From positions 89,840,001 through 89,904,000 of the forward strand of contig CM059432.1 in assembly GCA_030390025.1 (NCBI GenBank): a stretch of 64,000 bases of DNA, given 5' to 3'. This DNA is from Squalus acanthias. Its lineage: Eukaryota. Numbering within the stretch: the stretch's first letter is position 1; every line of letters begins with the position of its first letter. This document shows positions 34,786-46,000 of this stretch, one piece after another. The notes beneath the pieces were generated by a model, which saw nothing but the letters and a program-made list of their open reading frames with translations, ran no database searches and was not told the origin of the DNA. A program made the translations under genes and the position numbers.

Positions 34786-37700
34786 GTTGTACCTATATAC
34801 AGTAAACCAGAATGAGAAGCTTTCTTCATCGCAGTACGGGCAGTGAGCATACACTGGTGTTGGAATGCAGTTACTGTTTCACTGGAGTAGTCTTATTCCC
34901 ACTGCCGCTGATCCATTGCTGAATGTATAGGCCTCAAATCAGGAATCAGTGTCAATTTCAAGTGTCTCTCTCTCTCTCTCTCTGTCTCTGTATGAGCCAC
35001 TCAATTGAAAGGAAACACGCAGCCAGGTTTTTATAACAGAATGTGAGAAAATAGTAAAAGCGAGACTATTTTATGATTGTGAACCATCTGGATGAAGTTC
35101 AGATGCAGCTGCACCAATTTTCGTACACTGCAGAACATTTTTTCCATTCAGTGTAAAATGTTCCTTCCTAAAAATGTGGAGCAGACTCGCTCAATTTAGT
35201 CTGCAAAAAGAAATGCATATGAGAAAGGACAAAGGCTCCTTAATCCATGCAAGATGTCCATTTTGCCAAAAATTCCTTTCTCTTTTGCTTTGAAAAGTTA
35301 TATCTATTTCACATGTGTTGCTGTTGTGAATGTGTGACTTTAAATTTATTTTGTTCAGATTCAATATAAATAACACTTATGGGGAATTTTTCATGCTCAT
35401 CAAAAATACAAATAGGTTTGATTCCTATTTACTGCTAATTCCAATAAAATAATTTTAAACATATATTTTATATAATTGCTTATGAGTTTTTCAGTAATAC
35501 ATCTTTTTGAAGCAGATTACTTTACTGTTTGAGATCATTGTACAATCCACAAGTGGAAGTGTAACTGGATGAATCATGGTACTATGAATAATTGGCGTGA
35601 GTTAATTATTGTGCTACATCGGCTGATAAAAGTGAAGCTGTGATTGGAAGTCAGAAATGCTGGCAGGTTAGTACAGTTCACATACCCACAATACCAACAA
35701 CTCTTGTGGGTGGAAAGATAAGAAGCTAGTAGTAGGCTTAATGTATTAAGCGTAGGGTCCTTCCGTTTGAACCCCGGGGCTGTGTGTAACACAACAATTC
35801 TTTCTTGGTTAGAATCTCTTCTTTTAGGGTTAAAAACTTGGCTGTAGTTCAAGCTAAATAGCACCCAGGGAAAGAGCATGTGAATATGTACAACTTTCAT
35901 GTAATTAGCGCTTAATTATATTAACATATGCAAATTGTTAATTTAGAGGCTTGTTGAGCTGGCAGAGATCAGCCGAGCACAATTGCATTATTGTTCTGGA
36001 GAAAATAATGGATTTTGAGTTGGGTAGAGGAAACACATAACTAGCTATCTAATTTAACTCATACCATGGTAAAATTTCATTAGTCACCATGGTAACTGGG
36101 TTAATTGTGCTGACTAATGTTCAGGGCTACAGAGGGTCCTAAAAGAAAGCCTTGTTTGCCTAATCCACCTTACAACGACACTTGTTTGTACATGTTTCCT
36201 TTGTATAGGAATTTGCATATGCAAACGAATAGTTTTTCTGTCTCATTTGTCATGGTTCTTCATTACCCATGAAGAGGACATTGTTACTTAGCTTTTGCTG
36301 AGTGTCCTAAGACAGCGCAGTGTCAACCAGTCCAGCTACATTCTTTCATAATTTGTTTCTGATTAATAGACCAGTTTCAGGTTCATTCTATTCAGACCTT
36401 AGCAAGGAAAGGTCAATTATGTTGCTGAAAAGGGTTTCCGCAGTAACTAAAGCTGTTTTTCTTTGACCAATTAAATCACAGCTTAAAAGCAAGTGTAGCT
36501 TTACATTGTGGAAATACCTTCACTAATAATCTCTCTAGGTTCTGATAACAGAATATGAAAAAAAGAAGAGATTCTGCTGTTCCAGAATTAATCCTGTTTT
36601 TTGACAGAAACGTAAACTGATATAATTGCTTTTCAGTTGGAGAAATGGAGGTTTATACAAGTGTGAAAGCATCGGAAAAGGATTAGCATTTTTTTGCATA
36701 ATGAAAAGTACTGTTGAATGGCAGACTGAATGGTTGACTGAATGACTAAGATGAAAGGAAGATGAAAACGCAGGCTCTTCTTTTCCCCCCCAAATGCTCA
36801 GCTCACTCTAAAGATGTATTTGTCCAGGACTTGAGAAAACAAGCATAGTCTCATATTTCAGCAGCTTTATGGAATTCCCTTGGATTCTCTCATCTTGTGG
36901 AGTAATATGTATGATAATGGTGCAGCTTGGGGCTGATAAACAAAGGTTTGTATACAGGAGAGTTACAAGAACATGCCAGGCATGTCACAAACCAAATATT
37001 GACCACCAGTGTCAAGGATGTTCAACTATTTTCTTTGGTAAAGTTTTTGCCAATAAAAGTTACAAGCAGTATTCTATAGAAAGGTAATATTAACTATTAC
37101 AGTGTTACATAAATAACATTCACTGTAATATCGCCACTTTATTATGTTGTGTTTCATTTCTTAACTACTTAAATCAAAACTTTGTCAGAGATACCATTTA
37201 AAGAAAATGAGCTTTTATTGGTTAACAGCCACCAAAGTGATTTGTGAATCTTTGCTTCATTGTCATTCTGAAAGTGAAAATACCACAGGTGTTACTTTTG
37301 AGAACATAAAATGAGATATTTTGCCCCTTTGTTTAAATAATTATTTATCCTAAGTATATTTTCAATAGGTTTCACATGGGTTTAGGTTGTAATAAGTAAC
37401 AGTTTCAGGCCCCAGACGATTGTAGACATAGACCATCAGCTGTTGACCCCTATTGTTTGCTGGCAGTTCACAAAACTTCTATATGCACATACTTGTCATT
37501 TGAATAAAGGTCTTGTCAGGTTAATTTTTAATGTGAAATTACTTAAGCTGTAAAAGCTTCAGGGCACTTGCAATACCATAAACTGAAATCGCCGTAACTG
37601 TATATTGGTACTTTAATTTGCGTATGACTATTTTAACAAGCAAAATCTGTTATATTCTGTTTCTGTAAAGATTGGCATATTTTATAATTGTGTTAAACAC

Positions 37701-39603
37701 ATTTAATAAACTGTCATGTGCTGTAATTGGCACATTTCCAGTCTCTGCAGAATTGAATGACAGGCAGGTTAGTAGCTGGTTACAATTTGCCCGTGCTCCC
37801 GTAGTATAGAGGAGGAATAGCTAAACGACTCTAAATTACAAAAATAATAATTGTAATGCTGTTGAAGTAATCCAGTGAGTCTATTGGACAGACTGTACAA
37901 ATGCAGTTGTTCCACAGTATGAGTGCAACCACTGTGTTAAAAAAGGTGGATTGATTAACATAGCAACTCATTCTGACAAGGTTATTACGTTTTATTTTTA
38001 ATCACAGAATAGCTTTAAACGATCAAGATGGCTCTTGCTTATGTTTGGTGTTTTTTTTCAATTTAGCTACACCATGTCTAAAAATGTAATATGTACAATC
38101 CACATGCTTTGGAATTACTCTGGTTAAAAGTACAGGAGGAGATTGGATGTATTAAGTTTTTCACTTTTGATTCAATTATATTTTGTTGGCATGCAAAACA
38201 GTTTAGTGTATTACTACACTGGCAGGAACAGCGTTCAACTTAGATGGAACTTGAAATGTACAGCTAATACTGATATATAGTTAGTTTCTATGAGAGAGAT
38301 TTCTGTGTCCTATCCATTAAATTGTAATCCTGAGAGACCAGGACCTTTCAATGCTATACTGTATTTTGTTATAGAAGGAACTGCATAAATCATATTTGCA
38401 AATACTAAAGTTTAAGAAAAAGAGCAATCTGATTTCTTTTTGTTTTAGCAGAGATAATCATTCAAAGCCATTTCACAACATTTAGCTACAACATAATGAA
38501 TGATAAAAAAGAGGACAATGAAACTGTTGAATGACAAAGCAGAATAAGCTCTTTGAAATAGCAATAAGGTATGAATTAATTGGATTTAACATCAAACTAA
38601 TACAGAGATGAACAAACAAAGCAGAACAATATCACAAAACCATGAAGTATTTGTTGTTTCTTTAATGATATATTTGGCAGGGAGTGTGTGACTGCTTGGA
38701 CTATAAATAATAACCGCTGTACAACCTACCATATTGAAAGTAGCCTGCTATCAGCCTGTCACAGACTTGAGAGTGATCATTGTAGATAAGCTTTTCCCTT
38801 AATTGAAATGCACATATTTCTGAACAATTTTGCTATAAGGTTGAAAATGAATAGCTATACTAATGCCATCTTCTGTCGTGTAAGATCCATGATTAAGCCT
38901 ACAATGGGATATCAAGAATTATAGGAATGATGTGTTTCTCAAATATTTAATCAACTCCTTATAGTACTGTAAAAGGCAAGCCACTCCAGACATGCTAATG
39001 TATAGATGCATTCTAGTTTAGTTAGAAATGCCATCCTAACATGGCATGCAGTATATGCCTGTTAATCGGAATAAGCTTCTATGGGAACATTTACTCAGCA
39101 CAATTCACTATTTGCTTAGTAGGAACAATTCAAAGTTTGAGATAGGTGATGCCTTCCTCAACCATGCTGTGTTGTCATTAAGAAATTTCCATGTGAGCTG
39201 CAGAAATATCTGCACCTTCTTGGAAAGAATGGGGATTAGCTGTGTGCGCGCTGACATCTATGATCTATTTAATGTAAAAGAAAAAAGAATGGGTGATATC
39301 CAATGCAGAGAAAGGAAATAGATAGCATATCTTACAGACAGCTTTGGGCGAAGCAGTTCTCTTTAGTAAGATCAGAAATGCTGTCAGAAAATACACACTA
39401 TATATATAAATATATATATATAATATAATATAATATATAAAATGTGTGCATGTGTACATATTTTTCTCAGATGACCAGGCTTAATGTAGAAAGCTTTGAG
39501 AGGTTGTGTGAGATTATTGAAATTAAGCTATAGTATATAGTACTTTATCCACAGCTTTTAACTGATAGTGTGAAATGTTTTGATGGGCTATTACAGCTAC
39601 ATG

Positions 39604-39900
39604 TTACATAGAATTACATAGAATCTACAGTACAGGAAAAGGCTATTCGACCCAACTGGTCTATGCCGGTGTTTATACTCTGCACAAGCCTCCTCCCACT
39701 CTAATCAACTCTTCCCACATCCCTCTAGTCACTTCTCCATCATGTATGCAGCAAGCCCCCCTTTAAATGAGTCAATGCTATTTGCTTCAACCACTCCATG
39801 TGGCAGTGAGTTCCACATTCTCACCACTCTCTATGTAAAGAAACTCCACCTAAATTCTTTATTTGATCTGTTAATGGCTATCATGTATTTGTGCCCCTTT
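39604..39900 (-). mobile_element. Old CR1 3' end
   Basis: ttacatagaattacatag tail and a diverged copy of the 40117 element's 3' end. Confidence 0.8.
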
Positions 39901-41200
39901 TATTAATTATGTCAATTCAATAATCATTTCACAATTTTTATATCTTTTGTGGGCTGTACTTAAATATTGCTCAGATATACCAAAATGGAGTTTAAAAAAG
40001 CCTTAGCAAAGAACCGCTTAAGTAACAAAAGTCTTAACATAACTGACTCTGTGGCTGACTGAACCTTTAAAGTTTAAAGGGGATTTAAAGAGAATTACAT
40101 TTTATGTATTTGTTCTTTACATAGGATTACATAGGATATACGGCACAGAAACAGGCCATTCGACCCAACCAGTCCGTGCCGCCGTTTATGCTCCACACGA
40201 GCTTCCTCCCGTCTTTCCTCATCTAAATCTATCAGCATAACATTCTATTCCCTTCTCCCTCATATGCTTGTCTAGCCTCCCCTTAAATGCATTTATACTT
40301 TTCACTTCAACCACTCCCTGTGGTAGCGAGCTCCATATTCTCACCACTCTTTGGGTAAAGAAGTTTCTTCTGAATTCCCTATTCGATTTCTTGGTGACTA
40401 TCTTATATTGATGGCCTCCAGTTATGCTCTTCCCCACAAGTGGAAACTTTCTCTCTGTATCCAGTCTATCAAAACCTTTCATAATTTTAAAGACCTCTAT
40501 TAGGTCACCCCTCAGCCTTCTCTTTTCAAGAGAAAAGAGACCCAGCCTTTTCATCCTTTCCTGATATGTATACCCTCGCATTTCTGTTATCATCCTTGTA
40601 AATTTTTTCTGCACCATCTCCAGTGCCTCTATATCCTTTTTAAAATATGGCGACCAGAACTGTATGCAGTACTCGAAGGGCTTGATTTTGCCAGGCCCGA
40701 GGAGGCAGGATTGGAGGTGTGTGAGTTGTTAAAATTGCCAAAAATGGCGGGCGGGCCTGATCCCGCCTCTGTCCCGCCTCCGAGCAATTTATCAAAAGCG
40801 TGTTTTCTGACCCCCTTTCCATCCCGCCTCCAAGAGGCGGGATAGGCCCTTAAGGCCCTTAACAACCAGTTAAGTGCCTCTATAATCCCATTTTGAGAGG
40901 CCTTTCTGATTTTACCACATTTCCCACGTCCTGCACGTCTCCTCTGGAACATGCCAGTGAATCCTGGCGGCCTCACAAGTGGACTGCTTACTAACAGCTG
41001 CAGCTCCACCATTAAAAAGGAGTTTTCAGCAATCATCATTTGCAGGTGGCAGAACTTTGTTGTCTCAGGTCTGGGGGAACTTTTAGCAGGCATTGTTGTG
41101 GAAGTTTGGAGCCTGACCCCCATCTCCAGTGTGACCTCCTGGGAAACCCCTCTCGCCACCTTGACTGAGCGCTTCCTCAACTGAGGCATATACCAGAAGC

Positions 41201-41427
41201 ATGGGAACCATTTATTTCCTTTCCTCCTGGACATCAGATTTGGACGAAGACCAGCCGTGGCAGCAGCAGAACCATGAACAACAGCACCACCAACAGCAGC
41301 AGCAACAACAGGAGCGCCAAGCTGCTCCTCACCCACCTGAAGCTGCACAGGCCAGAAGACGCCAGCGCGCGACCACATTGCTGCCCGGGATGCAAGGGAC
41401 GCACTCATCTTGGCCAGACTTGCTTAG
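41201..41427 (+). pseudogene. Harbinger transposase remnant (Gln-rich N-terminus joined to last residues)
   Basis: MGTIYF...QQQQ...ARRRQR is followed in another frame by HIAARDARDALILARLA*. No DDE core motifs lie between them. Confidence 0.65.
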
Positions 41428-41659
41428 CCTGCACAATCAAACAATTTTGCCTCGCAACTTCTTATCAGACCATCGACAATGGCCAAGAACCTGTGGATTC
41501 CTATCACTCTGACCACCATACTGACAATTGCAAGTCGCCCTAAGCCCTCAATGTGGAAGTCCCATTAGCGAAATGACACACGGCACAACTGCAACAGTTT
41601 GCCATCAGAATTTTTCATGACAATAAGCAACTGATGGCTTTTCAAAATTAAACACAACA

Positions 41660-43097
41660 TTACACCCAAGTGACTACGGTAGCCAGCCTTACCATGGAGG
41701 TAGCCAGCCTTACCATGGAGGTAGCCATCCTTTCCAAGGTGGTTGCCATCCTTTCCGTGGTGATGCGTTCATGCGCCAACGCCTCCACAAAGGCTCTGCT
41801 CATGTTAGTGATGGACTCCTCCATCCGCTCCACACTCGCAGCGACCCTGGAGACAAAACATACCAGAGACTCCTGCACCTGTTCCTGGAGTTCCAGCACT
41901 GCTCTCCTTCTGGATAGACCCGGAGGCACAGGGTCGACATGCAGTGGAGCCGAGCTGGGAGCATCCTCTCCACTGCGACGAGGACTCTCCGCTGCTGTCC
42001 CTGTCTCCACCATCTGCTGATGCTCACTTGTGAGCTGTGATACACACGGTGACAACTCTACTCTATGTCCTGAAGGTCCCACCGAGGTGTGAGTGTCTGC
42101 GCTGGTGCTGGGTGCGCTTAATTCTGCTGACGGAGCACCCTGAGAGGTTGCAGCTTCCTCTGAGGAGTCTGGAAGCTCAGGCTCTTCCTCCTGGACAGTG
42201 GGGACGGGGGCTCTCGATGGTCCTGTGGGGAAGTAAAGGAAAGAGTTAGAGATGTGAGGTAAAGGTTGCATGCACATTGAATTGTGCAGATGATCATAAG
42301 TCAATCTGTTAGAGCATCAGAATCATTATCAGTCACTCATGCAGTGTCAATGAGAGAGATGCCAAACTATTCTGTCACCAGCTTGCTGTGATGCGCCCGC
42401 GTGTCCGTCCCCCACTTGGGAATCCTCCTCGATCCCGGCAATTTCCAGGGCAGCCTCCTCCGAGGTGGTAAGCTGGACTATTGAGGGTGGCCCTCCTCCT
42501 GTCCTCGCTCTTTCCCTCTTATTGTGGGCTCTCTTTTCCTGCAATGAGGGACACAAGTGGAGTTTGAGTGAGAATGAAGGAGTGAGTGTAGAGAATCCAT
42601 AGCATAGATGCTTAGAAGGAGACAAAGGGCCCTCCCTGTGTGTTGTAAGTTGTTGTCATTGCGTCACAGTGATAGGGAGTGTGAGGGCTGCATGGTCGAA
42701 TAGTTAAGTGAATGTGACCATAGAGAGAGAGGAAAAGGCTAAGGGTGCAGGGATGTCAGTGTCAAGTGGGATGTGGAGGAAGAGGTTGACAAAGCAGAGT
42801 GCTGGTGAGGAGAGGTGATGGGGATGAGATTGAGGATGATGAGAAAGTCATACTCACTTTTCCTGTGCGGAGAAGGTCATGCAACCTCTTCCTGCACTGC
42901 AGCCAGGTTCTGCAGCACATAGAAATGGCATTGACCTCCTGGGCCACTTGCAGCCACAGAGCTTTAGTCTGTTGTGGTGGCTTTTTTCTCCCTGAGGAAG
43001 GGAAGAGCACCTCCTTATTAGATCTTGCTCCCTGCAGCAGAGCTTGGAGGGAGGGCTCATCAAAGCGAGGTGCACACTTTTGCTTGCTGGTGGACAT
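41660..43097 (-). CDS. Harbinger Myb/SANT-like (trihelix) DNA-binding protein, 3 exons (43097-42858, 42538-42379, 42222-41660), 320 aa
   Basis: MSTSKQKCAPRFDEPSLQALL...LWLQVAQEVNA...RTWLQCRKRLHDL..K|EKRAHNKRERARTGGGP...|GPSRAP...coiled coil. GT-AG introns of phase 0 and 1; 240+160+563 = 963 nt with no internal stop. Confidence 0.8.
41679..41762. repeat. 21-bp tandem repeat (2 exact + 2 diverged units) encoding heptads
   Basis: gtagccagccttaccatggag x2, then gtagccatcctttccaaggtg and gttgccatcctttccgtggtg. Confidence 0.9.
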
Positions 43098-46000
43098 GGT
43101 CGGTAAATGAAGTCCTTCATACAATGTCCAAAGCGTTTCCAGTCTCCAGAAGAAGCAAGGCTGCTTGCAAGCCTTAAATCCAGCAGCACTGATGACGTCA
43201 TCGGAGGCGACTTTCAGGATGGAAAGACTAATTGAGCCAGGGGTTCCCACACGCTGGAAATCAAGTGCCCAATTAGGGGAAAATCGCACTTTTTTCCCAC
43301 TTCACATCGGAGTCGGGGTCCTCACACGAAAACCACCTGACACACCACAGCCCAACCCCAATGGCAAAATCGAGCCCTAAGTGTGGTCTAACCAAGGTTC
43401 GATACAGGTTTAGAATAATTTCCCTACTTTTCAATTCTATACCTCTAGAAATAAACCCTAATGCTTGGTTTGCTTTTTTTATGGCCTTGCTAACCTGTGT
43501 CGCAACTTTTAGTGATTTGTGTAGTTGTACTCCGAGATCCCTTTGTTCCTCTACCCCACTTAAACTCTCACCCTCTAAGTAATAAGTGACCTCCCTATTC
43601 TTCCTACCAAAATGTAATACCTCACATTTATCTGTGTTGAACTTCATTTGCCAATTGTATACCCATTCTGCAAGTTTATTAATGTCCTCCTGTAATTTGT
43701 TGCAGTCCTCCTCAGTATTGTGACAGTTGTAGATTTTACAAGGGGGTAGCTTCTTTAGACCTATGAGCATGATATGCAGGTTTTCAATTTGTGCGCCCAC
43801 CGCATGAAAAGGTGCCAGCAATTACCTGACATAGTAGAAAGGGCATACACCGTGTTGGTACAGATCCGTAGGTTTTGAAGTGGTATGAAAGAATGGTAGA
43901 CGTGTTCCTTTGCTGAAATGAAGCAGGTTGCAAAGCTGGAACTATTAAGCTCTGCCAAGTGTTGTTGGTCCTACAGGCCTGTTTAAGTGCTCGCTGTCAA
44001 CAAGCAAATCACAGGGAGCACTTTCTCTGGCTCACCTCCGATTTATTCATGAACTAAGCTTCACACACCACTCCGCTTTGTCCTTGGCCCAATAAGAGGG
44101 GGCAGGTGCCAATAAGAACATCACTTGAAGAATTGCCTTCAGAGCCCCTAGATGTAGGCTGACTCCACTTCTGAAGGTCCGTCTTGTAGCTGATTCTGTT
44201 GAGACCCTAATTCAGAAATGAATTACTAGGGCCAAAATGAATGTAAATTCCTTTCACTTCTACATTAAGTTTCAAATAAATGAAGTAATGACTAGTGGAT
44301 GTTAATTAGAAGAAGGAGAATTAGACGAATCTCCAATCTGTATCTTGCAAGTACTACTGCTCTGTCATTTAATTGGCATTTATTATGTAAATAGATGCCA
44401 ATAGTATCAAAGATGGGCATGTAAAGTTTACAAGTTGTGTTTTCTAAGCAGTGTGAGCAATATGCAAGAAAAAGTTACAGTAATACTAGTACAGTGTAAT
44501 CTACCTCTGATTTTTTTTCCCAAAGAGCGGGAAGGATACACAACAGACAGATATCTGGCACAGTGTTTGCAGTGGGGCAGAGGTTGAGTACAGTTACTGA
44601 AATCCCTTGAGAAGCACTTACTAAGTAGCCTTCTCATATCCTGTCTGATCTATGGTGGAAGAGTCTAAGCAGCTATTACATGTATGTGCAGGTATTATTA
44701 GCCAATGAAGGATTTAAAAAAAACAAAGCAACATCAAAAACTCAGCGTCTTGGAAAATGATGGGACGAGAGCTAATGGGATAGAATCTATTTCCACATCA
44801 GGAAAATGCACTGATGGAAGCTAATGATTTAGTTGTGGATAAAGTAGTCATCTTGTGCAATCTGATCACAGTCATGAGATCATTTGTCATGGATGAAGTG
44901 AAAATGTCAGGACCAATGAGTCTGTGAGTGCCGAAGGGGGCAAAAGGGCTTTAGGAGACACTTTTGTGCAGTGCTAGGGACACAACACAAATGGAACTCT
45001 GGGGAAATGCAGGGTAGTGTGTGTTTCCTCAGAGTAGTAAAATTTGATAAAATAAGATACAAAAGGATAAAGATGGGGTTGTGACATCAGACTTTAGTGA
45101 TATCTTAACAGTGCAAATAAATTCAATATAAAAAAGTAGTTTTTTAAAGGCAGTTGAGCATAAGCTGTCCACTTGTAGAGGTGAAAGTCAGTCTTTATTT
45201 CTCCTGGTTCTACAATGGCATTTTAAAAGATAATTTGTAAAGAATAGTTGACTCCATAGCTTCAGTGGTCTGATGACTGCCTAGTCCATTAAAATGGTTA
45301 AACAATCAGTACGTCGTGCATTTAACAGAAATACCAGGACCTGACTGAAGGATTCTACCAAATGTTTAAAAGGTGCTAGTTGTCACAGTGTGGCGAGTTA
45401 TTGTTCCTTTTATTAAACTGAGCTGAAATAGTTTACCTTAGTAAAATGTAAAAATAAATAGACCCTTCAGTATAGCCAGAAAAGCAACTGTCTTAACTCG
45501 CTTCATCTGTTTTGAGCATAAGTTTATAATCAAAGCATTACAAATGTACTTTTAAAAAGTTAGAGTTAAAATAAGATCACCTTGATTGGCCTTTTTTTCT
45601 GCCCTTCTTCGTGGTGGAATAACTGGGCAGTGTTTCAGAAAAAATCAAGTTCAAATCCAAAGAACACCAGTGCAGTTTCCTCTAAGTACATACTTCAGAC
45701 TTGCAGAAGAAGTCTCAGTTAAATCTGACATCATAGTTTCTTATACTTCTGTATGAAGGGGCCTTTATAACATCTTTCTTTTCTAATTTGCTAAAAATGA
45801 TTTAAATATGACAATTATTGTTAATAATCTCAATAAAATTATTTTTCTGTCCTAAAATACTTCATATGGCTCTCATAATTGTATTTTTATATAGTCATTC
45901 CCACTTAAAATATTTGCTAAAATAAAGTCAATCATAAAAAGCAGCATATTCCATTTCATTATAGTATTGCTTTGTTAATTACTGCTAGCTATTGTCTGTT

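Larger units (their letters stand above)
40678..43377. mobile_element. PIF/Harbinger transposon, 2700 bp, transposase internally deleted
   Basis: 16-bp TIRs GGGCTTGATTTTGCCA / TGGCAAAATCGAGCCC (15/16 match), 3-bp flanks gaa / taa, and two convergent genes. Confidence 0.93.
40117..43720 (-). mobile_element. CR1 3' part split by a Harbinger (pieces 40117-40677 and 43378-43720)
   Basis: ...LYRTLVRPHL | EYCIQFWSP... rejoins once the insert is removed. C-terminus in ORF 40219-40617; ttacataggattacatag tail. Confidence 0.92.

Noticed and set aside
40629..41408. 259-aa minus-strand ORF
   Set aside because: Antisense to the transposase remnant, crosses the TIR into CR1 sequence, and has no recognisable domain.
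41679..41762. Direct repeats as a CRISPR-like array
   Set aside because: Contiguous tandem units without spacers in a eukaryotic coding exon.
43740..44130. Possible additional Harbinger MITE relic
   Set aside because: Composition is suggestive but I could not define TIRs or a TSD.
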